DNA of 29,641 nucleotides from Acidobacteriota bacterium (GTDB taxonomy: Bacteria > Acidobacteriota > Thermoanaerobaculia > Multivoradales > UBA5704), in assembly GCA_040005235.1 (NCBI GenBank), contig JBDTZG010000060.1, positions 1 through 29,641 on the forward strand, written 5' to 3'. The position numbers and the translations under genes were made by a program. Of the stretch, positions 1 through 9,149 are shown piece after piece. The stretch's first letter is position 1, and each line of letters begins with the position of its first letter. The notes under the pieces are model-generated. The model was not told where the DNA came from. It did not search any database and saw nothing but the letters and a program-made list of their open reading frames with translations.

Positions 1-2
1 GC

Positions 3-1133
3 CGCGAGGGGGCCGGCTGCATGATGGTCACCGGCCAGGGGAACGGCCAGGGAGGACGCGAGCATGGCCAGAAGGCCGACCAGCTCCCGGGAGCCCGCTC
101 GATCTCCGATCCGGAAGCGCGCCGCCATGTGGCGGAGGTGTGGGGGATCGCGCCGGAGGAGATTCCCCAAGCGGGGCTGACGGCTATGGAAATCATGGAG
201 GCGATCCACCGCGGCGAGATCAAGGCGCTGCTCTCGATCTGCTTCAATCCGTTGGTCTCGCTGCCTGATTCAACCTATGTGCGGGAGGCACTCGCGAAGC
301 TGGAGCTGTTCGTGGTGGTCGATTTCTTCCTCTCCGAGACCGCCCAGCATGCGGATGTCGTCCTCGCCGGCAGCCTCCAAGAGGAAGAGGAAGGAGTGGT
401 CGCCAACGTCGAAGGGCGGGTGCTCCACATTCGCAAAGCGGTCGATCCTCCCGGCAACGCTTGGCCTGACTCGAAGATCTACATCGAGCTCGCCCGCCGG
501 CTCGGCAAGGAGAAATACTTTCCCTACCGCGAGCCGCGCGAAATCTTCGAGGAGCTGCGCCGCGCCTCCAAGGGGGGGATCGCCGACTACTCAGGGATCA
601 CCTACGAGCGGCTCGACCGCGAGATGGGGATCTGTTGGCCCTGTCCGAGCGAGGATCACCCCGGCACGCCGCGGCTGTTCGAAGGAGGGAGGTTTTTCCA
701 TCCCGACGGCAAGGCGAAATTCGTGGTCGCCGAGTACCGCGAGTCCGGCGATCCGGTCGACGAATCCTTTCCGATCTTTCTCACCACCGGCCGCGTCGTC
801 TCGCAATACCTTTCAGGTACCCAGACGCGGCGGATCGGCGCGCTGGTCGATCAGTATCCGGAGCCAAAGTTGGAGATCCACCCGCAGCTCGCCGAGCGGT
901 ATGGCCTGGCTAACGGCGACCGGGTGCGGATCACCACCCGCCGGATGTCGATGGAGCTAACCGCAATGGTGGTGCGCACGATCCGCCCGGACACGGTGTT
1001 CATCCCCTACCACTGGCCGGGAGCCAAGAGCGCCAACCAGCTCACCCACCGCACGCTCGACCCGCGCAGCAAGATCCCCGAGTACAAGGTCTCCGCCTGC
1101 CGGATTGAAAAGGTTGTGGAAGGGTCGCGATGA
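3..1133 (+). CDS. Molybdopterin (bis-MGD) oxidoreductase catalytic subunit, NasC/NapA/FdhF-like; C-terminal part, 5' end outside window
   Basis: Frame open from position 3. Motifs [44 protein letters not shown], and the C-terminal molybdopterin-dinucleotide domain (LEIHP..A..GL..GD.V; N.LT..LDP.SKIPEYK). Confidence 0.9.
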   Translation, partial: REGAGCMMVTGQGNGQGGREHGQKADQLPGARSISDPEARRHVAEVWGIAPEEIPQAGLTAMEIMEAIHRGEIKALLSICFNPLVSLPDSTYVREALAKLELFVVVDFFLSETAQHADVVLAGSLQEEEEGVVANVEGRVLHIRKAVDPPGNAWPDSKIYIELARRLGKEKYFPYREPREIFEELRRASKGGIADYSGITYERLDREMGICWPCPSEDHPGTPRLFEGGRFFHPDGKAKFVVAEYRESGDPVDESFPIFLTTGRVVSQYLSGTQTRRIGALVDQYPEPKLEIHPQLAERYGLANGDRVRITTRRMSMELTAMVVRTIRPDTVFIPYHWPGAKSANQLTHRTLDPRSKIPEYKVSACRIEKVVEGSR

Positions 1134-1723
1134 GCGCCGCGCAGTTCTACATCGACCCCTCCCGCTGCATCGGCTGCCAGGCGTGCGTGAACGCCTGCGC
1201 CGAGTGCGGCACCCATCGCGGCACGCCAATGATCAGCGTCGACTACGTCGATCGGGCCAATTCGATCGCCACCGTGCCGACCGTCTGCATGCATTGCGAC
1301 GACCCGACCTGCGCCCAGGTCTGCCCGGCCGACGCGATCAAGAAGGGGGAGGACGGCATCGTCCACTCTGCGCTCAAACCGCGCTGCGTCGCCTGCTCGA
1401 ACTGCGTGCTCGCCTGCCCGTTCGGCGTGCCGAAGATGCAGGTGGAGCTCGAACTGATGATGAAGTGCGACATGTGCTACGACCGGACCTCGGCGGGACT
1501 TAAGCCGATGTGCGCGACGGTCTGCCCGAGCCAGGCGCTCACCTTCGCGACCCCGGAGGAGATCGCCGCCGCCCGCCGCGAGACGCCGGTCAACTCGTTC
1601 CGCTTCGGCCGCCAGATCGTCGCGACGAAAGTCTTTCTGATGCTGCCGGAAGGGGCCGCCGAGCCGAGCTTCGACGTTGCGGATCACATTTGGGCGGACC
1701 CTCTGTGGGAAGGAGAGGCATGA
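1130..1723 (+). CDS. 4Fe-4S dicluster ferredoxin subunit (DmsB/NrfC-like)
   Basis: Cys groups [53 protein letters not shown] overlap with the upstream gene. Confidence 0.92.
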   Translation: MSAAQFYIDPSRCIGCQACVNACAECGTHRGTPMISVDYVDRANSIATVPTVCMHCDDPTCAQVCPADAIKKGEDGIVHSALKPRCVACSNCVLACPFGVPKMQVELELMMKCDMCYDRTSAGLKPMCATVCPSQALTFATPEEIAAARRETPVNSFRFGRQIVATKVFLMLPEGAAEPSFDVADHIWADPLWEGEA

Positions 1724-2268
1724 ACCCGCTCGAAAAGCCCGCGGCTGGGCCCGAGACTCGGGCCGAGGAGGCAGCGCCGCCGCGCCCGCTCTGGCGCGAC
1801 GAGTTCTCGGTCTTAACCGGCGAGGAGCGCTACGTCAACCGCCGCCAGTTCGGCAAGTTCCTGGCGCTCGCGAGCTTGGGCATGTTTGCCGGCAACCTCT
1901 GGATCCTGCTCCGCGCCCGCTTCGCCAAGACCCCGCCGTTTCCGCGCGTCGTGATCGCGAACGCCGCGGAGATTCCGGTCGGCGGCGCGCGGAAGTTCCA
2001 CTATCCAACCGAGACCGACCCCTGTCTGCTGATCCGGATCGACGAGACGACGTTCGTCGCGTACAGCCAGAAATGCACTCATCTCTCCTGCGCGGTGGTC
2101 TATTCGAACCTCCGGAAACGGATCGAATGTCCCTGCCACCAGGGGGTGTTCGCGGTGGCCGACGGCAGCGTCGTCTCCGGCCCGCCGCCGCGCCCGCTGC
2201 CGCGCGTGCTGCTCGAACGAAAGGGAACCGACCTGCTGGCGGTCGGCCTCCAAGGCGGCGAGGCGTAA
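1720..2268 (+). CDS. Rieske 2Fe-2S protein with twin-arginine/TM anchor (AioB/QcrA-like)
   Basis: CTHLSC and CPCHQGVF Rieske boxes; NRRQF followed by a hydrophobic helix. Start moved to ATG 1720 (ATGA overlap, AGGAGAGG upstream). Confidence 0.88.
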   Translation: MNPLEKPAAGPETRAEEAAPPRPLWRDEFSVLTGEERYVNRRQFGKFLALASLGMFAGNLWILLRARFAKTPPFPRVVIANAAEIPVGGARKFHYPTETDPCLLIRIDETTFVAYSQKCTHLSCAVVYSNLRKRIECPCHQGVFAVADGSVVSGPPPRPLPRVLLERKGTDLLAVGLQGGEA

Positions 2269-2281
2269 GAGGTCCCGGCCG

Positions 2282-2518
2282 ATGCTCGAACGTAGCGTCC
2301 TGCCCCGCAAACAGCGCTCGACCGCGATCGATGGTGCGATCGCCCTGATCGCGATCCTGCTGATCGTCCAAATGTGGCTCCTTTCCGCCGCGCTCGAAGC
2401 GTTCCTCGGCGGGCACAAAGAGACCGCGCTCCCCGCGGCCGTCATCTCCGGTCTACTCTTGGCCGCCTGCGGCGCGCTCTATCTGTTGATCGAACGGGTG
2501 GACCGGGGCGGAAGGTGA
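2282..2518 (+). CDS. Small two-TM membrane protein (DUF6755-like, from recall)
   Basis: Two hydrophobic helices with a QMWLL..ALEA motif; GAGG upstream; last gene of the oxidoreductase operon. Confidence 0.65.
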   Translation: MLERSVLPRKQRSTAIDGAIALIAILLIVQMWLLSAALEAFLGGHKETALPAAVISGLLLAACGALYLLIERVDRGGR

Positions 2519-2726
2519 CGGGGGCGGAGAATCCGAGCGAGGACCTGCTTTTCAGTCGAAGTAACCCTCGATCGCGGCGTAGATGAGCGCGCCGCTGTGA
2601 CAACTGTTTTAGGCCGAGAAGGATCTCGCCATCGCCCGCATCTAAACCTGCGGCGGGGCAAGATCGCATCGATCACGAGCGTCCCTTGAGGATGAACCTC
2701 CCGCCAGCTTAGAAAAGGAGCCATCC

Positions 2727-3743
2727 ATGAAGATCGTTCGCCGTTTTATCCCGCTGGTTGGAGTGGCGCTCGCGCTTGCGAGCAGCCTCCCCGTGCTCGC
2801 TGACGAGGTATGCATGGAGACCGCTAGCGCCGCCTTGAGCGCCTGCCGAAGCTCCGCCCAGGACGCCTTCCAGCTCGCGTCCGGCACCTGCATCAACCTC
2901 GAGCTCGACTCGGCGGAGGCGCAATGCCTGCGCGAAGCGCAGACCGCGCGGACCGAGGCGCTCTCCGCCTGCAATCTGCAGAAGGCATCGCGGCTCGACA
3001 TCTGTGCCCGGCTCGGTGGGGCGCCTTACGACCCGAACGTCTCTCCCGCGCGGTTCGACAGCGATCTCGCGCATCTCACCCGACCGAATCCCTATTTCCC
3101 GCTCCGGGTCGGCCACCGGTGGGAATTCGGCGGCGCCGAGTCGGTCGAGATCGAAGTGCTCGATCGGACCAAGCTGATCGCAGGGGTGACCTGTTTCGTG
3201 GTCCGCGACGTGGTGTCGGTCGATGGCATCGTCCACGAGGACACCGAAGACTGGTTCGCCCAGGCCAAGACGGGCGACACCTACTACTTCGGGGAGGAGG
3301 TCAAAGATTACGAGGTGTTCGAGGGGGACGAGCCGCCGACGCCCGAGCTGATCTCGATCGACGGCTCGTTTAAAACCGGACGGGAAGGCGCCAAGCCCGG
3401 CCTTGCGTTCCCCATTGCTCCCCGCCCGGGCCTGTTCTACCGTCAGGAATTCTCGCTCGGCAACGCCGAGGACGTGGCGGACGTCGTGACCACTTCGTAC
3501 AAATACGGCCGCAACGCCGAACTCGATCGGTTGGTGCCGCGTGCCCTGGCGGAGCTGCTGTGTGCCGCGGGCGACTGCGTGGTCACGAAAGAATTCCAGC
3601 CGCTCGCTCCGGGCATCTTCGAGCGCAAGTTCTACACCAAGAACATCGGCGGCTTCCTGGTCATCCATCTCGACACCGGAGAGGTCGTACAGCTGGTCGG
3701 CTGCAACATGGACCCGCGTTGCGCCAGCCTGCCGAGGCCGTAA
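2727..3743 (+). CDS. Secreted protein of unknown function with Cys-rich N-terminal region
   Basis: AAGGAG RBS; Sec-type signal peptide (MKIVRR-hydrophobic-VLA/DE); spaced cysteines; NPYFPL..G..W and DWFAQ...G..YYFGE segments; host-like codon use. Confidence 0.8.
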   Translation: MKIVRRFIPLVGVALALASSLPVLADEVCMETASAALSACRSSAQDAFQLASGTCINLELDSAEAQCLREAQTARTEALSACNLQKASRLDICARLGGAPYDPNVSPARFDSDLAHLTRPNPYFPLRVGHRWEFGGAESVEIEVLDRTKLIAGVTCFVVRDVVSVDGIVHEDTEDWFAQAKTGDTYYFGEEVKDYEVFEGDEPPTPELISIDGSFKTGREGAKPGLAFPIAPRPGLFYRQEFSLGNAEDVADVVTTSYKYGRNAELDRLVPRALAELLCAAGDCVVTKEFQPLAPGIFERKFYTKNIGGFLVIHLDTGEVVQLVGCNMDPRCASLPRP

Positions 3744-4014
3744 CGTCGCTACGCCGGCTGGCCTGCCCGGATCGGACCGCTTCGGATGCACGGCTGCGAG
3801 CGATCGGGCTCGCGGCCGTTTGCCTTGAAGAGCATGGGCGTTTTCCCGTCCGACTGTCGCGCCAGGAGAAGAGCTGAGGAAGCGGCAGGGCGGGGGAGGG
3901 GGCGGCGACCGGCTGACGCGGCAGGCCCGCCGGGAAGAAATTCACCAGGCAGTCCGTTCTCCTCCGGGCAGATCAAAAGGTTCCGTCGGCATGGCCATGG
4001 TCAGGGGTTTCGAG

Positions 4015-4100
4015 GGAGTGCGCCGACGCGTCGGCGCTTTCCCTGCGGCGACGTGTCGCCGCCACCCCAACCGCTCGAAGGCACCGCGCCTCGTAGCGCC
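4015..4100. repeat. REP/REPIN-like element family B, left part
   Basis: GGAGTGCGCCGACGCGTCGGCGCTTT..GCGGCGACGTGTCGCCGCCACC; perfect 18-bp palindrome at 4020-4037; aligns with 20098-20180. Confidence 0.8.
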
Positions 4101-4144
4101 CTCCCTCCCCATTCTCGCTGCCGTTTGTCGGCCCGCCGGTCTCG

Positions 4145-4264
4145 CTGAATCGCGCAGTGGAGGTGCCAAAAGGTCCCGTCCGCGCGGATCTCGAGACGAC
4201 GCCAGATCGGAGGGGCGATCTCGGCGAGCCGGACGTAAAAAACGAGAATCTCCTTCACGATCAC
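4145..4264 (-). pseudogene. N-terminal fragment of a plasmid pRiA4b ORF-3 family protein
   Basis: VRLAEIAPPIWRRLEIRADGTFWHLHCAIQ fits the family pattern (P.IWRR..V....T...LH..IQ); similarity ends after about 40 aa and the frame runs into repeat DNA. Confidence 0.7.
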
Positions 4265-4347
4265 CTCTTTCTATCTACCTGGCGAATTCCAACACCACCG
4301 ATCCTCGCGTTGAGCTTAGGCGACCTCTGCCGGTGCTTGTTCCGAAG

Positions 4348-4480
4348 CGTCGCCGCCACCCTGAACGCTCGAATTGCTCAGGTCTCGTCGCGCCCGCTTA
4401 CTTGAGCCGCGTCGCTTCCTTTTCGAGATCGCCGACGCGTCGGCGATCAGAAAGCGGCGACACGTCGCCGCACTCCAAAA
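4348..4480. repeat. REP/REPIN-like element family B, right part
   Basis: Perfect 22-bp palindrome GATCGCCGACGCGTCGGCGATC (4427-4448), then GCGGCGACACGTCGCCGCACTCCAAA; aligns with 20138-20242. Confidence 0.8.
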
Positions 4481-4552
4481 TGTCTGGTGGCGGGCTGCAT
4501 GCTCTTGCCGCACCTGGCGGACTTCTTCGATGATCGCATCGTCATCGATCAT
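4481..4552 (-). pseudogene. Truncated small hypothetical gene (MIDDDAIIEEVRQVRQEHAARH...) cut by the repeat
   Basis: GAGGTG RBS and ATG just downstream of the toxin; protein-like for about 23 aa, then the frame enters the family B repeat. Confidence 0.45.
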
Positions 4553-4585
4553 GAGACACCTCTGTTCCTCGCTTTTAGGGCAGGT

Positions 4586-4888
4586 TCAACGCCGCCCGAA
4601 CCAGTAGAACGGCTGGCGGTTCTGATGCGCAACGGCCAAGATGCGGAGCCCTTCAGCCTTTACCCGGTAATGTAGGGTGTGACTCCAGCGCGAAGAGGGT
4701 TGAACAACTATCGAACGGACGGTGCCGCGAGTGAGGGGGGCGGAGTCGGGGAATCTGCGGATCCGGTCGATGAACGACTCAACTTGCTGCGCGAGCTCAA
4801 GGCCCTTGCCCGGCTGAAGTGCTTCGTAGTAATCCACCGCCTCATCAAGATCCGCATCGGCGAGAGGGTGGAACACATAGGGGAGCAT
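4586..4888 (-). CDS. Type II toxin, RelE/ParE family
   Basis: FHPLADADLDEAVDYYE...G and LHYRV....LRILAVAHQNRQPFYW; overlaps the antitoxin stop codon (TGATG). Confidence 0.88.
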   Translation of the reverse strand: MLPYVFHPLADADLDEAVDYYEALQPGKGLELAQQVESFIDRIRRFPDSAPLTRGTVRSIVVQPSSRWSHTLHYRVKAEGLRILAVAHQNRQPFYWFGRR

Positions 4889-5127
4889 CACTTGCGGTAG
4901 CGGGCGTAGAGGCGACGAAATACCTCCCCCCCAGGAATTCCAACGACTCGGCCTGACTCCATCTCACCGTCTCGACGCTCCGCCTCTTCTAGCCAGAGTT
5001 CGGCGACCTGAGCCTCGGGAAGGGCGGTCAAGCTTTCGACCAGGGCATGGGCAAGCGCAACGCGAGCGCCGGGCTGTACCTGAAGAGCTGCTTCTTGGAT
5101 GGACTCGATGTTCGGTGTCGTTGCCAA
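4888..5127 (-). CDS. Addiction-module antitoxin (TIGR02574-like)
   Basis: AL....R..LA..L.ESL......W..EAERR......G.V..IPG.EVF pattern; directly upstream of the ParE toxin; TTG start. Confidence 0.82.
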   Translation of the reverse strand: MATTPNIESIQEAALQVQPGARVALAHALVESLTALPEAQVAELWLEEAERRDGEMESGRVVGIPGGEVFRRLYARYRK

Positions 5128-5194
5128 AGAACAAGCCTATACCTTGCCGGGGCTCGGGAACTAGCCCGATGGCTAAACTACAGCGACCCAGCCC

Positions 5195-5365
5195 AGCGAG
5201 CGGTTGAAACCGCTCGCTACGATACGACGTCCCTGGCGGGACGTTCCTGGTGCAACGCCCGATCCTGCGTCTGGGCCTCGGCGAATACGGTGCCGGGCGT
5301 CACGGAACCCAACATCTCGTCCCGGCAGGGACGACGTATCGTAGCGAGGGAATTCATTCCCTCGC
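5195..5365. mobile_element. Non-autonomous derivative (MITE/REPIN, family A) of the Y1-transposase element at 29040-29641
   Basis: Both double-hairpin ends match the ends of the 29040-29641 element; the interior aligns with the transposase 3' end. Confidence 0.85.
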
Positions 5366-5407
5366 GGGCTGGCGGACTGGCGAACTCGCCGGGCGCTCCA
5401 GCCCCCC

Positions 5408-6049
5408 TCACCCCTCCCGCAAAAAGAACGCCAGCTCCTCCAAGTGAATCCGTAAATCCACATTCTTCACCGGCACCCCCGGCCGCCCCTGCACCCGCTC
5501 GGGAGCGAAGTTCAGCACTCCGCGCACCCCCGCGTCGGCGAGCGCTTCGTAGTTCGCTTGGGCGGCTCCGGGGGGCACCGTCAGGACTCCGATTTCGGTC
5601 TTCGCCTCGCGGACGATGCGCGGCAGCTCTTCGGCGGCTTCGACGGTGACTTCTCCGACTTTCCGGCCGACCTTTTCGGAATCGTTGTCGACCCCGGCGA
5701 CAACCCGGAAGGCTCCGGAGTTGAAGCCCAGGTAGCGGGCGAGTGCGCTGCCTAAGTTGCCCATGCCGACCACGACGATCGAATGGTCGCGGTTTAGCCC
5801 CAAGAGGTCGTTCAGGCGCTGGCAGAGCAGATCGACCTCGTAGCCCACGCCGCGGATGCCGAACTCGCCGAACTGGGCGAGATCTTTGCGGATCTGGGCT
5901 GCGGAGAGGTGGTAGCGGCGGGCCAGCTCCTGGGAGGAGATCCGGCGGATACCCGCCTCTTGCACCTGGCGCAGGACGCGGAGGTAGACCGAGAGGCGAT
6001 TGAGGGTGAGCGGGGAGACCTCCTCGCGCTCTGGGGTGAGGATCGGCAC
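5408..6049 (-). CDS. rex: Redox-sensing transcriptional repressor Rex
   Basis: TLNRLSVYLR, ISSQELA, QIRKDLAQFGEFGIRGVGY (winged HTH), VVGMGNLGSAL (NAD(H) binding), LNFAP. GTG start at 6049, just past the nuoN stop. Confidence 0.95.
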   Translation of the reverse strand: MPILTPEREEVSPLTLNRLSVYLRVLRQVQEAGIRRISSQELARRYHLSAAQIRKDLAQFGEFGIRGVGYEVDLLCQRLNDLLGLNRDHSIVVVGMGNLGSALARYLGFNSGAFRVVAGVDNDSEKVGRKVGEVTVEAAEELPRIVREAKTEIGVLTVPPGAAQANYEALADAGVRGVLNFAPERVQGRPGVPVKNVDLRIHLEELAFFLREG

Positions 6050-6063
6050 CCTAGGCGACCTGC

Positions 6064-7509
6064 TCAGGGCGCCCAGGGCGACCCGAGCACCCATTCGAGA
6101 AGGCGGGTCGGCCAGACGCCGAACGCCAAGATCCCGACCGCCGCGAGAACCGCCGCGGCGCGGCCCCAGCCGTCGATCAGCAGGCTGGAGGAGCCCTCGG
6201 TGGCGAGGCGCGACTGGGGTTTCATGTAGAGGGTGTAGACGATCCGGAGGTAGTAGAAGACTCCCACCAGACTCGCCAAGACGCCCACGATCGCCAGGCC
6301 CCAGCGGCCGTCCGAGACGGCGTTCATGAACACCACGTACTTGCCGAAGAAGCCGAAGGTCGGCGGGATGCCGCCGAGCGACAACATGAAGATCGCGAGG
6401 CAGCCGCCGAGGACGGGGTAGCGGAAGCCGAGCCCCGACAGCTCCGAGATTTGGTGCTGCTCGCCCGCTCGGGCATACAGCAGGGTGACCACCGCGAACG
6501 CGCCCGAGGTCATCAGCACGTAGGAGAGCAGATAAACCGCAACCGGGCCGATCGAATTGGCGCCCGGCACGACCAGCGCGAGCAGCAGGTAGCCCATATG
6601 GGCGATCCCCGAATAGGCGAGCATCCGCTTGATGTCGCGCTGCACCAGGGCGAGCAGGTTGCCGACGATCATCGAGGCGACCGAGAGGAACGCAACGATG
6701 CCGGACCAGCGGCCGATCATCTCCGGGTTCGAGACCGCCACCTGCAGCAAGCGGATGAACACCATCGCGCTCGCTACCTTGGGCGCCACCGAGAGGAATG
6801 CGACGAACGGCGTCGGTGCACCCTGATAGGTATCGGGTGACCAGGCGTGGAATGGCACCAGGCTCATCTTGAAGCCGAAACCGGCGAGCACCAGCAAGAG
6901 GCCAAGGCTCGGGATGATCGGGAATCTCTCGGACAGCGCAAAAGCGGCGCCGATCTGGTCGAGCCGCGTGCTGCCGGTCTCGCCATAGAGAAGGGCGATG
7001 CCGAGCAGGACGAACGCCGAGACGAACGCCCCCATCAGGAAGTACTTGATCGCCGCCTCGGTGCCGATCGCGATCCGTCGATGGTAGGCGGCGAGCGCGT
7101 AAAGGCAGATCGACAGCAGCTCGAGAGCGAGAAAGATCGTCAACAGCTCCGTCGCGCGCAGCAGCAGCAGCGCACCGCAGGCGCTCCAGAGCAGCAGCGC
7201 GTGATATTCGCCCGAGAGAATCTTTTCGCGCCGCAGGTAGCCCTGCGAGGCGAGCAGGCAGATGCCGGTCGAAAGCAGCACCGCGAACGCGAACGCCCGG
7301 ACCGGCGCGTTCCAGTCGAGCGCGCCGAGCGAAGAGGTGCCGGAGGGGACGGACTGGAAACCCCAGACCGCCGCCGCGACCGCGACCAAGGCGATGCCGG
7401 TGAACGCCCGCCGAAGAGTAGGAAGCAGCGCTTCGAGCAGCAGAAGCAGGACGCCCCCACCGGCCAGGATGATTTCGGGGGTGAGGCTCGCGAGGTCGTG
7501 AGCGTTCAT
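6064..7509 (-). CDS. nuoN: NADH-quinone oxidoreductase subunit N
   Basis: EAAIKYF, FKMSLVPFHAWSPDTYQGAPTP, IKRMLAYSGIAHMGY, LSLGGIPP..GF.GK. Confidence 0.95.
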   Translation of the reverse strand: MNAHDLASLTPEIILAGGGVLLLLLEALLPTLRRAFTGIALVAVAAAVWGFQSVPSGTSSLGALDWNAPVRAFAFAVLLSTGICLLASQGYLRREKILSGEYHALLLWSACGALLLLRATELLTIFLALELLSICLYALAAYHRRIAIGTEAAIKYFLMGAFVSAFVLLGIALLYGETGSTRLDQIGAAFALSERFPIIPSLGLLLVLAGFGFKMSLVPFHAWSPDTYQGAPTPFVAFLSVAPKVASAMVFIRLLQVAVSNPEMIGRWSGIVAFLSVASMIVGNLLALVQRDIKRMLAYSGIAHMGYLLLALVVPGANSIGPVAVYLLSYVLMTSGAFAVVTLLYARAGEQHQISELSGLGFRYPVLGGCLAIFMLSLGGIPPTFGFFGKYVVFMNAVSDGRWGLAIVGVLASLVGVFYYLRIVYTLYMKPQSRLATEGSSSLLIDGWGRAAAVLAAVGILAFGVWPTRLLEWVLGSPWAP

Positions 7510-9149
7510 CGTCCCTCTCCGTCCTGGCTCATAGGGGCGTCAGTGGGTGCGTCGATCGCGATGGCAGGGAGCGCGCGCAGGGTCGGTTCGTCCGGTGTGG
7601 CCTCTGCGGCCCTCGTGTGGAACTCGGCGAGCAACGATTCGAGCGCGGGGCGGCTCGGCGCGAGGAACGTCCCCGGCGCGATGCCGATCCAGAGCATTAG
7701 AACGCCCAGAGGCAAGAGAGCGAACATCTCGCGCCAGCTCAGATCCTTGAGGCTCTTGTTCTCTTCTTTGGTTAGCGGACCCCAGAGCGTGAGATAGAGC
7801 ATCTTGAGCAGGTAGACCGCTGCCAGCACCACGCCGAACGTTGCCGCGACCGTCGCCCAAGGGAGCGTTCGGTACGAGCCGAGGAGGATCAGGAACTCTC
7901 CCGCGAAGCCGTTCAACGCCGGCAGGCCGACCGAGGCGAGGGTCGAAAAGACCAGCCAGAACGAGAAGATCGGAATCACCGCGGCGAGACCGCCGAACTC
8001 GTCGAACTTCTTCGTGTGGCGCCGGTCGTAGAGCATGCCGACGAGCATGAAGAGAGCGCCCGTCGAGATGCCGTGGTTGACCATCTGGAGCAAGGCCCCC
8101 TGCCAAGCGACGAGATCGAACGCCAGCAGGCCGAGCATCACGAAGCCGAGGTGGGCGATCGAGGAATAGGCGACCAGCTTCTTCATGTCGACCTGCACCC
8201 AAGCGACCAGCGCGCCGTAGAGGATGCCGATCAGCGCCAGGCCCACCAGCCAGGGCTGCGCCTTGACGCTCGCCTGCGGGAAGAGCGGCAGGGCGAAGCG
8301 GAGGAAGCCGTAGGTGCCGAGCTTGAGCAGGATGCCGGCGAGGATCACCGAGCCGCCGGTCGGGGCTTCGACGTGCGCATCGGGGAGCCAGGTGTGGACC
8401 GGGAACATCGGCACCTTGATCGCGAACGCCAGCGCGAACGCCGCGAACAGCCAGCATTGCGTGGTGAGCGGCAGATCGAGACGGAGGAGATCCTGATAGG
8501 CGAAGCTCCAGACCCCGGCGAGGCCCTTATAGGTGAACGCGAGCCAGAGGATCGCGACCAGCATCAACAGGCTGCCCGCCATCGTGAACAGGAAGAACTT
8601 GACCGCCGCGTAGACCCGCCGCTCGCCGCCCCAGATGCCGATGATCAGGTACATCGGGATCAGCATCACTTCCCAGAACATGTAGAACACGAACAGGTCG
8701 TACGCGAACAGAGCGCCGAGGATGCCGGTGGTGAGCAGCAGGAACGCCGCCGTGAACGAGCGCCAGTGCTTTTCGATCCCTTTCCATGAGACCAGGAAGA
8801 CGATCGGCAGCAGCAGCAGCGTGAGCAGCGCGAGCGGCATCGAGATGCCGTCGATCGCGAGGTCGTAGCGAATACCGTAGGCGCCGATCCACGGCATTCC
8901 CGGCGGGCTGCCCACGCCCGCGCCCTGGGCGACGTCGCGCAGCAGAGGGAAGCCGCCGCCAGGTACCCAGCGCGACGCGACGTAGGCGATTCCGAGCCCT
9001 AATTCGACCAGCGAAACCAAAAGGGCATAGAACTTCGCGACCTTCGCGTTGCCCTTGGGCAACAGAAGCAGCGGAAGGCAGGCCGCCGCCGGCAGGAACA
9101 CCAGCCGGGTGAGCGTATCGCCGAGGAGGAGATCGAGAAAGGTCGTCAT
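7506..9149 (-). CDS. nuoM: NADH-quinone oxidoreductase subunit M
   Basis: FWEVMLIPMY, YAAVKFF, IKVPMFPVHTWLPDAHVEAPT, KKLVAYSSIAHLG. Start ATG 9149 (TGATG coupling to nuoL). Confidence 0.95.
   Translation of the reverse strand: MTTFLDLLLGDTLTRLVFLPAAACLPLLLLPKGNAKVAKFYALLVSLVELGLGIAYVASRWVPGGGFPLLRDVAQGAGVGSPPGMPWIGAYGIRYDLAIDGISMPLALLTLLLLPIVFLVSWKGIEKHWRSFTAAFLLLTTGILGALFAYDLFVFYMFWEVMLIPMYLIIGIWGGERRVYAAVKFFLFTMAGSLLMLVAILWLAFTYKGLAGVWSFAYQDLLRLDLPLTTQCWLFAAFALAFAIKVPMFPVHTWLPDAHVEAPTGGSVILAGILLKLGTYGFLRFALPLFPQASVKAQPWLVGLALIGILYGALVAWVQVDMKKLVAYSSIAHLGFVMLGLLAFDLVAWQGALLQMVNHGISTGALFMLVGMLYDRRHTKKFDEFGGLAAVIPIFSFWLVFSTLASVGLPALNGFAGEFLILLGSYRTLPWATVAATFGVVLAAVYLLKMLYLTLWGPLTKEENKSLKDLSWREMFALLPLGVLMLWIGIAPGTFLAPSRPALESLLAEFHTRAAEATPDEPTLRALPAIAIDAPTDAPMSQDGEGR

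Noticed and set aside
3749-4010. Small ORFs between the secreted protein gene and the family B repeat
   Set aside because: No motifs, no convincing RBS, and low-complexity translations.
5162-5175. TAGCC-CGAT-GGCTA inverted repeat as a toxin-antitoxin operator
   Set aside because: The position is plausible, but 5-bp arms are too weak to support a call.
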